From Fibrobacterales bacterium (GTDB lineage Bacteria > Fibrobacterota > Fibrobacteria > Fibrobacterales > JAOPTW01), in the NCBI GenBank assembly GCA_051532055.1, contig JAOPTX010000037.1, positions 1 to 64,000 of the forward strand: 64,000 nt of DNA, written 5' to 3'. Positions 36,766-47,569 of this stretch are shown piece after piece. The translations under genes and the position numbers were made by a program. Within the stretch, counting starts at the first letter, position 1; each line of letters starts with the position of its first letter. The notes beneath the pieces are model-generated. The model had not been told where the DNA came from, made no database searches, and saw only the letters and a list, made by a program, of their open reading frames with translations.

Positions 36766-39700
36766 CTAGCGAATCAACCCTGACTTGAGCATATAACGTT
36801 CTCTCATGCCGCTCCCATAGCGAATTATAACTCTCCATATATAAACGCCTGTCCCAACTTTTCTCGCGTCCTGACCTCTTACATTCCAAAAAAGGTAGTG
36901 CATTGCACCGTAGTTTCCTCGTTCGTGATGGAGATCTAGTGAGTCATTGACATAGCTATAAGACATGTGATGCACAAAGGTACCCTGCATCGTATAAATA
37001 TATACCTCTGAGCTAAAACTTGAGTCACACGCTAGAGTGAGGCCAAACTGCCCTCCTCTCAGGGAATCTACTGGCATTTCTTCATAAAATTCTGTTGGTT
37101 CATCCAACTCGCCGGATAAGGAAAGAACTGAAGGGAAGATTCCAATTTCTAATACCCCATTCCTTTGTATTCCATTCACTTTGACCAATTGTTTCAAAAT
37201 ACTATTTCCATTGACATCTCGAATAGACTGAGTAGCCTTAATCCCTATGCAACCACCAACAAGGGGCTCTACCCCATCATCAAACCTCACATACCATTGA
37301 CTGTTGGAACTATCAAGAGGAGAAATAGACATAAATTTTAATGGTTTTTGTTCATGACTATCCGGTTGAGTATTACATGTTTCATTAAAATAAAATGACT
37401 CATTAAATACCTCGGTATTCATCGTTGTAGTATTCATCGGTTTAGAGAATCTAAATATAAAATGATCCCATCGTTTTATTTTCTCAATACCCTCATGCTT
37501 TCCTTGTCCTGGAATACGCTCTACCCCTGTAATAATCGGAGATACACTATCATTGATCACCACAAATTGAACCGCCCCAATAGAATTCCATTCAGGAGGA
37601 ACCTGTAAATAAAGTGGACTCTGTTGCAAAGAACTTTCAAAAACTAATTCACTCTGCTCTGTACTGAGGTCCAACCGCATTCCACTTGCATCTTTTTTAA
37701 TTGAATAAGGCACTATAGTCCGAGCAGAATCACTTCCTTTATAAAAAAGTATTGCAGGGGTTACAGCTGAAAAGGTGAACATACCATCTATTGTTTTAAT
37801 ATACACGGTCTCTCCGGCGCCATCCCCATTTCTATCTATAATCCAAGAAGTAAACGTAACACCTTTTTCACTGCTTGAGCTCTCGTTCTCATAATGAGAA
37901 CTCACCAGATCTTCTTCTTGAGAACTCCCACCTTGTGGTATTAAATCGGGAACGACAATAGGATCTCCTCCAGGAATGGTGTCAGGAATCTGATGTAAGA
38001 TAAACGTAAGGGTATCACTAGGGAGCAAGAGTGGTGCCTTCATATAAAAACGAGCCGTTCCCATAAGAGAGGTATTAAACCTCTTATTCAACTCTAATCC
38101 ATGAAAAGGGAGAGCTGACCATTGCCCCGTACTATCCAATAATTCTGCAAAAATAGTTGCAGAATCAACCAAACTATCAATAGACCACGACAAAATAAAA
38201 AGGGAATCTTTATATAGAAAGGTATCGCCCTGAAGAATGGATGAAGTATTTATAGTTGGTTTAGCGAGCTTTGATATTTGATAAAAAACTATGGAGTCAA
38301 TTGCACTGGGTGAGTATCGGTTTGATGAAGATAGGCTATAGAAATACAATGTTCCTGCGCTATTAAGGGTGAGAGTGTCACCCGGGAAGATTATAAGGTT
38401 TGAATCCTCAAGACTATCTACTCCAAGTATTGTATACTGAATCTCCACTGAATCATCTATTGAATAACCATTGAGAGAAAAATAAATCTGTGCACTATCA
38501 TTAAATAAAGTACTGCTTCCTTGCTCTGCATTGAGGAGAGTAGCTACAGGACTTGCAATTGTTGGACACTGTTCGTGTCGCATAAAGCCGCTTAAGGGAT
38601 AGTTCCCCTGAGCGCTATAGCCATCCCTACTCGTAAATTGATATTCAAGAGGTAACGAATCATGAAGTGAAATAGAATAGTTAAAACTCCCATCACTTTG
38701 AATGTTCACTAATCTACTCTGTAACAATGGCGATTGATCAAACTGATACCTGAGCTCCAATGAAGTAACCCCTTCAGGGTCCACAACTGAACCTGAAATA
38801 AGGAACTCATTTGCACCGCGCACATAACAGTTCTTTACATTAGTTACAACAGTTGGCGGACTATTTTCAATTGCTATGTAATAAGGATACCTTTGAACAG
38901 GGTACCCAAGTTTTGTGTAAGGAGCATAAACATTTTGATTATCAAGAGTAGAAACTGCGACATAAAAATCAACTCCAGGTTTTACTGCGCTGTAATATGG
39001 AATGGTAGCCTCAAACAACTCTCCAGACTGAAGTTGCAATTCAATGACATCGTAGAATATTGATCCTGTTGTTCTATAAAATAATTGTGCTGAAACAATG
39101 GGTTCTCCACTGCTAATATGTACACCAATAAGAATATTCTGCCACACAGGTACTGAACTCCTGAGCAAAGAATCAGTTGCAGAAGTGAGTGTTACGGAAA
39201 GGTTCTTGTCATTCTCAATCCATTCTGTTGTATCTTTGCCTTCTTGACCACTCACCGAAAGAACTGTTTCAAGGGAAATATTATATCGATCCCCATTCGA
39301 AAGAGTATCTGGTGAACGGTAGCACAATCGGTAATCATTATAAAGACTATTTTCTATAAGACTCAATTGATTAAAAAGAGAATTTCTCGGTATATTTTTT
39401 ATAACAGCACCACCTGTCAATGGAGCAACACTGTCCCACACAGTTCCCATTGAATGTTCTAACCAGAAAGCATACAGAGCAATGTCATACTTCACTGCTG
39501 AATCTCTTATATCACTTATATGATGTAGATTTACGCTACCGCTTCCATCTGCAATAATATAGATCACCTTTTCACCAACATTACCTTTTAAAGATTCAAT
39601 TGCTGCATAGACACCATCAATAGTATTTGTTTTATTATTAAGAGTAGTACTCAATTCTGCAACAGCCTTATTGAGAAGTGTTGTATCTGCAGTCACGGGA

Positions 39701-41421
39701 GCATACTCATTAATTCCTCCATCAAATCCTAGAATACCCACCTGACTTAATCTATCCATATGTAAGACGTAATAATACAGTTCTTCTTGTAAGGACAGTA
39801 TATAAGGAGCCATGGAATGACTCTCATCTATGGCAAAGAGTACAGAACGTTTTTCTCTTGTTTGGGTTACCCTAAATTCATTAATACGTGTTTGCCTTGT
39901 TTCTATTTGGCTACTATCGCTATGCGCTTGCCAGACCTTAAGTCTATCACTATCAACCTGAGGGATAATCTGACCTGTTAATGAATCGATAATGGTAAAG
40001 TCAAAACAAATATCAGGAAAGTGATAACTGTTCACCTCCTTAATAAAAATATATGGCTGCACCGTTGTATCTGTATTGTAGACGGCTTGTAGGAGCGCAT
40101 CTGATTGTATTGCAATTGAAATTGAATCATTTTCAGGTAAACCACGCAAATGTGTTGTAGTAGAATCAATTATCCAGTGCTTAAAGATATACCCTAAATA
40201 AGGGAACGCTTTTAGGGATGCGGTATCGCCATCGAACATTGAAAATGTAGAACTCGGCTGTATTGTTCCCTGTTTTGAATCCACAACGACCGAGTTACCC
40301 ACCTCATATGACAGGGTAACTGAATCTATAAAAGAACTCTGCTGAGGTCTAAATAATGCGATGTATACCCATTCACCATTCTGTACTATGGGAATTTCAA
40401 ATTCAACGGAGTCTCCTTGTGGACTTACCCTAAATTGCTGATTAAAAAGTCTATCATTTTTGTAATAGGCCAAAGACATTAGGTCACCTCCTCCTCCTTC
40501 TGCCTTTATTCTCATTGGTTTACCAATGCCCTCAATATAAAATGCTATCATTTCTGATTGTGTGGAATCTTCGACAAATCCATGAGTACTCCACTCATAC
40601 GATACCGGTTGACTCGTTATAGGGTATAGACTTTTTAAATCATACTGTACAGCAATAACTGCGTCATTTTGAAGTGTGACACTCGGATTAAAAGAATGTG
40701 TTCCATCAATGGTTACCATACCTGACTGAGTAACCCATTCAATATTCTTTAGATCATTTCGTTTAAGAGGAGTGTTAATAACAGTCGGTACGTTTTGCGG
40801 AATAAAAAGGGAATCAATAAACATTCCTGAACTATCAACTATAGTAAGTTTTGCAAGGGGGTTAAAATGGGCATTGATTTCAGCATTACCAGAAAGAACA
40901 GCTGAAGTTTTTGCTGAAAATGGGTCTGATAGTACAATTCCAGAACCTCCAGTCGTGACACTCCAATGTGAAAATACATAACGGCGATCTGCTCGAGCTA
41001 TTATTTGCGTATCTATTCCATGCTTCAATCCTTGCAAAAAGGAATCTACAACCTCGCCCCCCAAAGAAGTGGTGAGAGTCAGAGAATACGTATTATAAAA
41101 ATGCGCTTCAAAGGTGATTTTGGGTACGGTAAATAGAGCGGTAACTTCTGTGACTTTTGTAAATGAGTTTTTAATAGATGATTGATCAGGAATCTTGGAG
41201 TTCCAATGAGAAAATACAAATCCATTATTGCTATCTGGAAATGCTTCCAATTGAATCCAAGTATCTCTTTCTGCCGAATCCAGTTGAGGGACAACGGTTC
41301 CTCCTCCTTGAGCTAAAGTACCATTTATATATGCATACGTTTCAACCACAAACGTATCAGCTTGAACCAGTATAGTGCATAATAAAAGCACTATAACTAC
41401 TCTCAACCAGCATATATTCAA
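36766..41421 (-). CDS. Large surface protein with InlB B-repeat-like domains, a VWA domain and a Fibrobacter-type C-terminal domain
   Basis: Signal peptide; G(F/Y)VF.HW repeats; VWA MIDAS DESHS...TNT.DG...IADG; C-terminal WNVRGQDARKVGTGVYIWR. Confidence 0.8.
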   Translation of the reverse strand: MNICWLRVVIVLLLCTILVQADTFVVETYAYINGTLAQGGGTVVPQLDSAERDTWIQLEAFPDSNNGFVFSHWNSKIPDQSSIKNSFTKVTEVTALFTVPKITFEAHFYNTYSLTLTTSLGGEVVDSFLQGLKHGIDTQIIARADRRYVFSHWSVTTGGSGIVLSDPFSAKTSAVLSGNAEINAHFNPLAKLTIVDSSGMFIDSLFIPQNVPTVINTPLKRNDLKNIEWVTQSGMVTIDGTHSFNPSVTLQNDAVIAVQYDLKSLYPITSQPVSYEWSTHGFVEDSTQSEMIAFYIEGIGKPMRIKAEGGGGDLMSLAYYKNDRLFNQQFRVSPQGDSVEFEIPIVQNGEWVYIALFRPQQSSFIDSVTLSYEVGNSVVVDSKQGTIQPSSTFSMFDGDTASLKAFPYLGYIFKHWIIDSTTTHLRGLPENDSISIAIQSDALLQAVYNTDTTVQPYIFIKEVNSYHFPDICFDFTIIDSLTGQIIPQVDSDRLKVWQAHSDSSQIETRQTRINEFRVTQTREKRSVLFAIDESHSMAPYILSLQEELYYYVLHMDRLSQVGILGFDGGINEYAPVTADTTLLNKAVAELSTTLNNKTNTIDGVYAAIESLKGNVGEKVIYIIADGSGSVNLHHISDIRDSAVKYDIALYAFWLEHSMGTVWDSVAPLTGGAVIKNIPRNSLFNQLSLIENSLYNDYRLCYRSPDTLSNGDRYNISLETVLSVSGQEGKDTTEWIENDKNLSVTLTSATDSLLRSSVPVWQNILIGVHISSGEPIVSAQLFYRTTGSIFYDVIELQLQSGELFEATIPYYSAVKPGVDFYVAVSTLDNQNVYAPYTKLGYPVQRYPYYIAIENSPPTVVTNVKNCYVRGANEFLISGSVVDPEGVTSLELRYQFDQSPLLQSRLVNIQSDGSFNYSISLHDSLPLEYQFTSRDGYSAQGNYPLSGFMRHEQCPTIASPVATLLNAEQGSSTLFNDSAQIYFSLNGYSIDDSVEIQYTILGVDSLEDSNLIIFPGDTLTLNSAGTLYFYSLSSSNRYSPSAIDSIVFYQISKLAKPTINTSSILQGDTFLYKDSLFILSWSIDSLVDSATIFAELLDSTGQWSALPFHGLELNKRFNTSLMGTARFYMKAPLLLPSDTLTFILHQIPDTIPGGDPIVVPDLIPQGGSSQEEDLVSSHYENESSSSEKGVTFTSWIIDRNGDGAGETVYIKTIDGMFTFSAVTPAILFYKGSDSARTIVPYSIKKDASGMRLDLSTEQSELVFESSLQQSPLYLQVPPEWNSIGAVQFVVINDSVSPIITGVERIPGQGKHEGIEKIKRWDHFIFRFSKPMNTTTMNTEVFNESFYFNETCNTQPDSHEQKPLKFMSISPLDSSNSQWYVRFDDGVEPLVGGCIGIKATQSIRDVNGNSILKQLVKVNGIQRNGVLEIGIFPSVLSLSGELDEPTEFYEEMPVDSLRGGQFGLTLACDSSFSSEVYIYTMQGTFVHHMSYSYVNDSLDLHHERGNYGAMHYLFWNVRGQDARKVGTGVYIWRVIIRYGSGMRERYMLKSGLIR

Positions 41422-41656
41422 TCTAAATTGATCCCTATGAACAATAATGGATGGATTCAGTGCTTCCAGATTGTAGTACTGGACCCATCACGTACCTGGA
41501 TTGTATTAAAACTACTTCAATCAAAGCGATCATTGGGCTCTTTTATGCTGAAAGGGGGTGCTTAAGTAAATTATCCATTACATAGTGCACCACTCTTTAT
41601 AATAAACAGCCAAATTAGTATAATTTGCTCAGTTTCCTTAACGCAGTCCTTTTACT

Positions 41657-42271
41657 ATGATTCGTACTTATTATTGGGTAGTTGCAATAGCATTATTACT
41701 CTCACCACTTGAACTCTTTGCTGACCAACTGAACATTACCGGCGGCTATAGTTTCTATTCACCATTTAATGCAGAAAGAGATCAAGCGGATAATATTACC
41801 CAATCCATTGAATCTGAGTTAGAGCCTTCATATCTTGTAGACATACACTATGTATTTTATTCACTCGATCGTTTTACTGTGAATCAATTTATCTATTTTG
41901 GTGCAGGATTTCAGGTCTCAGCTCCTTTTGCATTTAAAAATTCAATAAATATGGATGCCCTCTTTATACCAATCTATGTTTCACTCAATGGAGAGAGTCG
42001 TAAAAGAGCTGCAGTTAAACCAGTACTGAGAACAAAAATTGGCTACAATCACCTTCTGAACTATGGAGATGTTATAAACAGAGGCTGGGGCAATATATTT
42101 GGTTCCTTATCACTCGAAGCCAAATGGTTTAATATGGTCTCTACAGGTATAGATATGAGCGCAAAACGATTCGAATATCAGACAAACGCTTCTGAAGATC
42201 AATCAGTAACTAATATTCATGCAACAATATATTCAGTGAGCGCATATTTCAGCATTTGCATAACCCTATAA
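41657..42271 (+). CDS. Small outer membrane beta-barrel-like protein
   Basis: Signal peptide, FGAGFQ, FIPIY, KIGYN strands. Confidence 0.55.
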   Translation: MIRTYYWVVAIALLLSPLELFADQLNITGGYSFYSPFNAERDQADNITQSIESELEPSYLVDIHYVFYSLDRFTVNQFIYFGAGFQVSAPFAFKNSINMDALFIPIYVSLNGESRKRAAVKPVLRTKIGYNHLLNYGDVINRGWGNIFGSLSLEAKWFNMVSTGIDMSAKRFEYQTNASEDQSVTNIHATIYSVSAYFSICITL

Positions 42272-42279
42272 AGGTACTT

Positions 42280-42543
42280 ATGAGTAACTCAAAATCATTG
42301 ACCCTTCATGAAATGGCAAATCAATTTATTGAACTAGCTAATATGCTTGTAGAACAAAATGGACAAAAAGTTCATGATGTTGGTGCAGCAATGCGTTACG
42401 CGACTGCACGTATGAATGCTCATGAGTTTACTCATTTCTCGAAAACACCACTTGCAGAAAAACCACAAGCAATCCGTTGGTTTACCGATCAATATCAAAC
42501 CGATCTTAATCAAATTATCGAAGATATTATTCAAAACATGTAA
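42280..42543 (+). CDS. DUF3144 family protein
   Basis: ANQFIELAN, VGAAMRYATARMNA, WFTDQY. Confidence 0.75.
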   Translation: MSNSKSLTLHEMANQFIELANMLVEQNGQKVHDVGAAMRYATARMNAHEFTHFSKTPLAEKPQAIRWFTDQYQTDLNQIIEDIIQNM

Positions 42544-42546
42544 CGT

Positions 42547-42966
42547 ATGTGGATCCAAAAAGAATTTCAGCTGAGTCCCCGCCCCCGTGGTTTTCACCTC
42601 ATCACTCGTGATATTCTAGCAGCAATTCCCGAGCTGACAAATTTTTCTGTTGGTCTCGTCCACATACTTATTAAACACACATCCGCCTCACTCACCATAA
42701 ATGAAAACGCTGACCCTACGGTGCGTATCGATTTTGAATCACATTTTAATCGATCCATACCTGAACGTCAACCTTACTATCAGCACGACTATGAGGGTGA
42801 CGATGATATGCCTGCTCATCTCAAATCGAGCACTCTCGGTTCTAGTATTACTATCCCTATTACAAATGGCCATTTGAATTTGGGAACGTGGCAAGGTATT
42901 TACTTAGGGGAACATAGAGATCATGGAGCCAGTAGATCCATTGTAATGACTCTGCATGGGGAGTAA
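42547..42966 (+). CDS. yjbQ: YjbQ/UPF0047 family protein
   Basis: RGFHLIT, HTSASLTINENADP, EGDDDMPAHLKS, LGTWQGIYLGEHR. Confidence 0.93.
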   Translation: MWIQKEFQLSPRPRGFHLITRDILAAIPELTNFSVGLVHILIKHTSASLTINENADPTVRIDFESHFNRSIPERQPYYQHDYEGDDDMPAHLKSSTLGSSITIPITNGHLNLGTWQGIYLGEHRDHGASRSIVMTLHGE

Positions 42967-43182
42967 TCCATAATTCTCTTAGCTAAAACAACACTCTTTT
43001 TAGTCTTTCATTACAGATTTAGCCTTTGAGTCTTATAAAAATGGTCACTCGCTTACAAATTAAATAGTACGATCTTGATTCTTCAATTTCTGTATATTTT
43101 AATTTTACAAACCCGTTAAATTCCAGTCAAAATCCCTAAAAAGTTTATTATTTTGAATTTATAATTTTATCTGAGTATTATA

Positions 43183-45450
43183 ATGGAGTCGACTGTGACT
43201 GAATCTACAGAACTATTACCAGGGGTGTCACCTCTTAAGCCTAAATGGCACGACTACACCACACTTACTCAAGAAGAGATCGATGTATTTGAAAATAAAA
43301 ACATCCATGACCCCTTCTCGATACTAGGCCAGCACGTTAAAGATACCTCTGAAGGCAAAGTTAATGTTATTCGCGTTATGCATCCGACAGCATATTTTGT
43401 TATTGGTCATAATACAGAAAATAATAGCAGTTTTGACTTTATCAAACTCGGTGACTCAGGCTTTTTTGAAGCAACACTTCCTTACAACGAATATTTCTAT
43501 TCCTATGAGTTAGAAATATTTATGACTGACTCAGAAAGCTACATGCAAAAAGACCCTTATTGCCATGAACCTATCATTAGTGAATTTGACATGCACTTGT
43601 TTAATCAGGGCACTCACTATGAGCTGTATAACATCCTTGGAGCAAACCAAGTAACACACCAAGGTGTTACGGGAATTCTCTTTGCAGTATGGGCTCCTAA
43701 TGCACAATCGGTGTCTGTCGTTGGTAATTTTAATAGTTGGGATGGCCGTAGAAACCCAATGCGTATAAGAAACCATGGTATATGGGAACTCTTTATCCCT
43801 GAACTCCCTGCTGGAGAATTTTACAAATACGAGATTCGCAGTTGTTTTGGTGAAATGATGGTCAAAATTGACCCTTATGCAAAATTTAGTGAACTCAGAC
43901 CCAATCAAGCATCGGTAGTGGTTGGTCCAAGCACCTACCAATGGAATGACCAGGATTGGCTTACACAACATACAGGATCAGATTTTGTAAATCAACCTAT
44001 GAGTATCTATGAGGTGCACCTCGCATCATGGAGACAAAAACAGAATGGTGATTTCTACCAGTATGAAGATTTTATAAATGAGCTCATCCCTTATGTACGC
44101 GAGCATGGATTTACTCATATTGAACTCATGCCTCTTGCTGAGCACCCACTTGATCAATCATGGGGATACCAAGTAACCGGTTATTACTCACCAACTGCAC
44201 GCTATGGCAGCCCAGAAGAACTCAAAAGATTTATTGATGCATGTCACGCCAATAATATTGGAATTATTCTTGACTGGGTACCTGCCCACTTTCCAAAAGA
44301 TGCTCATGCACTCGGAAAATTTGATGGTACCGCACTCTATGAACATGCTGACTCTCGCCAAGGTGAACACCCTGATTGGGGAACCTACATATTTAACTAC
44401 GGTCGTACTGAGGTATCAAACTTTCTTATTGCCAATGCGCTCTACTGGCTTAAAGAATTCCATATAGATGGTCTTCGCGTTGACGCTGTTGCTTCAATGT
44501 TGTACCTCGATTATGGTCGTGAACATGGCCAATGGGTTCCAAATAAATATGGTGATAATATCAATATCGAAGCCCTTGATTTTACTAAACACCTCAACAG
44601 CATTATACGTCAAGAAGCTCCTCATGCACTTATGGTTGCAGAAGAGTCAACATCATATCCAAGTATAACCAAACCCCCTGAGCATGATGGGTTAGGTTAT
44701 CATTACAAATGGAATATGGGTTGGATGAATGACTTTCTCTACTATATTGAAAAAGAGCCCATTCATAGACAATTTCATCAAAACGAACTCACCTTTGCAA
44801 TGCTCTACGCATTTACCGAAAACTTTTGGCTTGTGTTGTCTCATGACGAAGTAGTACATGGCAAAGGTTCAATGATTAATAAAATGCCTGGTGATGATTG
44901 GCAAAAATTTGCAAACCTCCGTCTCACCTATGGCTTTATGTTTGCACATCCCGGTAAAAAGCTCCTCTTTATGGGTTCGGAATTTGGGCAATATCATGAG
45001 TGGAATGCCGACCAAGGGCTTGATTGGCACATTATTGATGATGGAAAACATTCTCAGATTCAATCAGTTATCAAGAACTTGAATAGTATTTATACTCAAT
45101 CAAATTGCTTATGGGAGATTGAAGACTCCTATGAAGGATTCGAATGGCTTGAGTGCGATAATGCTGCTGATTCAATTGTTGCTTTTGCTCGAAAAGGGAA
45201 AGATCAAAATGATATGATCATTGCGATTTTTAACTTCACTCCTGTTCCAAGAGATTCTTATCAATTTGGTGTTCCAAAACCTGGGTACTATGAAGAGATT
45301 TTTAACTCTGACTCAGAACTTTTTGGTGGAAGTAATATGGGTAATGATGGTGGAAAGCAGAGTATTCCAGAAGGGAAAGGGCATTTTGGACAAAGTATAG
45401 ATGTATGCCTCCCACCACTATCTGCAACATATTACCGGTATCACCCATAA
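43183..45450 (+). CDS. glgB: 1,4-alpha-glucan branching enzyme
   Basis: HDPFSILG, FAVWAPNA, YEVHLASW, SWGYQ, DWVPAHF, DGLRVDAVASM, AEES, SHDEVVHGK. Confidence 0.98.
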   Translation: MESTVTESTELLPGVSPLKPKWHDYTTLTQEEIDVFENKNIHDPFSILGQHVKDTSEGKVNVIRVMHPTAYFVIGHNTENNSSFDFIKLGDSGFFEATLPYNEYFYSYELEIFMTDSESYMQKDPYCHEPIISEFDMHLFNQGTHYELYNILGANQVTHQGVTGILFAVWAPNAQSVSVVGNFNSWDGRRNPMRIRNHGIWELFIPELPAGEFYKYEIRSCFGEMMVKIDPYAKFSELRPNQASVVVGPSTYQWNDQDWLTQHTGSDFVNQPMSIYEVHLASWRQKQNGDFYQYEDFINELIPYVREHGFTHIELMPLAEHPLDQSWGYQVTGYYSPTARYGSPEELKRFIDACHANNIGIILDWVPAHFPKDAHALGKFDGTALYEHADSRQGEHPDWGTYIFNYGRTEVSNFLIANALYWLKEFHIDGLRVDAVASMLYLDYGREHGQWVPNKYGDNINIEALDFTKHLNSIIRQEAPHALMVAEESTSYPSITKPPEHDGLGYHYKWNMGWMNDFLYYIEKEPIHRQFHQNELTFAMLYAFTENFWLVLSHDEVVHGKGSMINKMPGDDWQKFANLRLTYGFMFAHPGKKLLFMGSEFGQYHEWNADQGLDWHIIDDGKHSQIQSVIKNLNSIYTQSNCLWEIEDSYEGFEWLECDNAADSIVAFARKGKDQNDMIIAIFNFTPVPRDSYQFGVPKPGYYEEIFNSDSELFGGSNMGNDGGKQSIPEGKGHFGQSIDVCLPPLSATYYRYHP

Positions 45451-45494
45451 GAATTAGTATGTAATTTGACTCTTTTTTTAACTTTTAGCGAATT

Positions 45495-45528
45495 AAACGC
45501 CCCATTTATTTGAAATGGGGCGTTTTTT
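45495..45528 (+). terminator. Intrinsic terminator after glgB
   Basis: AAACGCCCCATTT-ATTTG-AAATGGGGCGTTTTTT. Confidence 0.85.
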
Positions 45529-45581
45529 CTTATATTAAAGGTATAATAAGTGTAACCCGAACCATATCGGAGTATCATTCA

Positions 45582-45836
45582 ATGAAAAGATTACTATCTC
45601 ACGCCCTTAAAGCAGTTACAGTAGGATTAATCCTCGTTGCAGTAGGGTGTACAAAAATGCCTTCTCCTGAAGACCTTGATAAGCTTGACCAACAAAAATC
45701 TGCAGCAGATGCAGCAGAACAAAAAGTAGTTGAGCTTGAACGTCAAAAAGCAACCCTCCAACAAGAGTTAGCTGATGTACAGGCACTTCTTACACAACAT
45801 GAACAAGAGTTTGCAGAACTCAAAAACAGAAAATAG
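45582..45836 (+). CDS. Short coiled-coil lipoprotein ending in Lys
   Basis: GGAG SD, MKRLL...VAVGC lipobox, heptad-repeat mature chain ending ELKNRK. Confidence 0.8.
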   Translation: MKRLLSHALKAVTVGLILVAVGCTKMPSPEDLDKLDQQKSAADAAEQKVVELERQKATLQQELADVQALLTQHEQEFAELKNRK

Positions 45837-45841
45837 GAGAC

Positions 45842-46510
45842 GTGATGACATTATTTAAAAGTATACTTACTGCTACTCTTCTTATTGCTGCTACAAATAG
45901 TTTTGCACAAGAAGAGATGACCTATGACCAGTACCTTGTTGAGCTTAAAAAAGAGCAAGATAGAGAAGGCGCTGCGAAACAACAGATCGACCAACTTGAG
46001 AAAGATATCGCTGATCTTCAAGGGCAACTCACCAATAGTAAAAGTCAAATTGAATCACTCTGGCAAGAGATGCTCGATTTTGTTGGTATTACTCAAGAAG
46101 AATTTGACACATTTGCTCAAAAAATCGATGACCTTACTATGCAGATTCAAGGCTTTGAATCTGAGTACTCTGAAATGCTTGCAGAGTGGAGTAAACAGCT
46201 CAATATGGCAGATACAGAAGTTGAATCAATCAAAGCAAGTACGATTGCAATTTTTCCACGTCTCGATGGTAAAATCACTGGTCTTGAAGATGCACTTCTC
46301 GCATCTAAAGAAGCTCGTGCAGCAATGCGTGGTAACACCTATACTGTTCGGCTCATACCAGAACGCCGCGACTGTCTCTGGAGAATTGCAGAAAACGATG
46401 AAATTTATGGCGATGCATTTAAATGGCCACAGATATATTCAGCAAATAAAGATCAGATCAACGACCCTGACCTCATCTTTCCAGGTCAAGAGCTCGTAAT
46501 TCCACAGTAA
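45842..46510 (+). CDS. Exported coiled-coil protein with a C-terminal LysM domain
   Basis: Signal peptide; TYTV...DCLWRIA...YGD..KWPQIY.AN...I.DPDLIFPGQELVIP. Confidence 0.9.
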   Translation: MMTLFKSILTATLLIAATNSFAQEEMTYDQYLVELKKEQDREGAAKQQIDQLEKDIADLQGQLTNSKSQIESLWQEMLDFVGITQEEFDTFAQKIDDLTMQIQGFESEYSEMLAEWSKQLNMADTEVESIKASTIAIFPRLDGKITGLEDALLASKEARAAMRGNTYTVRLIPERRDCLWRIAENDEIYGDAFKWPQIYSANKDQINDPDLIFPGQELVIPQ

Positions 46511-46522
46511 ATTATAAGACTT

Positions 46523-46559
46523 AAAAAAAGCCCCTGAGAATATTCTCAGGGGCTTTTTT
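46523..46559. terminator. Bidirectional intrinsic terminator
   Basis: AAAAAAAGCCCCTGAGAATATTCTCAGGGGCTTTTTT. Confidence 0.9.
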
Positions 46560-46594
46560 ATTTTAAGCAGGGATGATTCAAATAGTGTGTAGAT

Positions 46595-47569
46595 TTAGCG
46601 ACTTAAAATACTTTTTAAAGTAGGAACACTTTCACACTGAGAAAGAATTGTTTTTAAGACCAATAGCCCTGGCTGCAGGTGTTTTTTGTACTCTACCTTT
46701 CCTTTGGTGTCGGACAAAAATGAGTAGGCGCCACAGGCCTGCATAACTCTTTGAAGCGACGCTTCAATAAATTCTTTATAAAAATGTGCATAGCTTAGCT
46801 CTATATGTGCTGTTTTATAGTAGTAGCGCACCAATTGATCAACCATTTCTATTGAATGAGAACAATATGGGTCCCAAACCAATGAGGCGAGGTCATAGCA
46901 ATAACTCCCCATTCTCGCCCCTTGATAATCTATCAATACAACCTCATTCTCCGATATCATAATATTTTGAGATTGGAAATCTCGGTGCATGAACACTTTT
47001 TTATGAGCATCGACTGACCGTGCTAAGTCAATGCATTCACACCGGTGATTACGCCGCTCACTATCACTTAAACACTCATAAACCGTAAGATAATTTTCGG
47101 TAAAATAGCCCGTCTCCCATTCAAGCATTTCTTGGTCAAACACTTTCGGCTCAGAGATCATATCAACCGTTATAGGAGTATTTTGCAGTAGTATCAACGC
47201 ATCTATAGCCCGTTTGAATTGATCGGCATCCTGAAGGTGTTGCCAATTATCCCAGAGTGTTACCGTACCCAAATCTTCTATCAGTATTTGAGCATCGTCG
47301 CTATTCACCACATAGAGCTCGGGAACCCGTACACCACTTTTTTGCAATAGGTGAGTAATCTCAATAAATCGGTTAAAATCAGAATCAACTTCTGGAGCCT
47401 GCATTAACACATAACTCATGGATTCACTGGGGATTCTATAATAGAGCCGACTTGAAGCAGCTTGCCCGGCAAGAGAAAGCTCAGTGGGAACACTCACTCC
47501 TTGTTGCTCTAAGTAATAAGCGATCTCCTTGGAGACGACACTAGAACGATTTGTTTCTATAGCTGCCAT
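46595..47569 (-). CDS. APH-family phosphotransferase, AmgK-like anomeric MurNAc/GlcNAc kinase
   Basis: ASSRLYYR, EDLG, HRDFQSQNIM, IDYQGA, YDLASL.WDPY, QR..QACG; paired with a nucleotidyltransferase. Confidence 0.8.
   Translation of the reverse strand: MAAIETNRSSVVSKEIAYYLEQQGVSVPTELSLAGQAASSRLYYRIPSESMSYVLMQAPEVDSDFNRFIEITHLLQKSGVRVPELYVVNSDDAQILIEDLGTVTLWDNWQHLQDADQFKRAIDALILLQNTPITVDMISEPKVFDQEMLEWETGYFTENYLTVYECLSDSERRNHRCECIDLARSVDAHKKVFMHRDFQSQNIMISENEVVLIDYQGARMGSYCYDLASLVWDPYCSHSIEMVDQLVRYYYKTAHIELSYAHFYKEFIEASLQRVMQACGAYSFLSDTKGKVEYKKHLQPGLLVLKTILSQCESVPTLKSILSR

Noticed and set aside
45924..46499. 191-aa alternative-frame ORF inside the LysM gene
   Set aside because: Lys/Leu/Ser-rich composition typical of an off-frame read of a Glu/Gln-rich coiled coil; no SD
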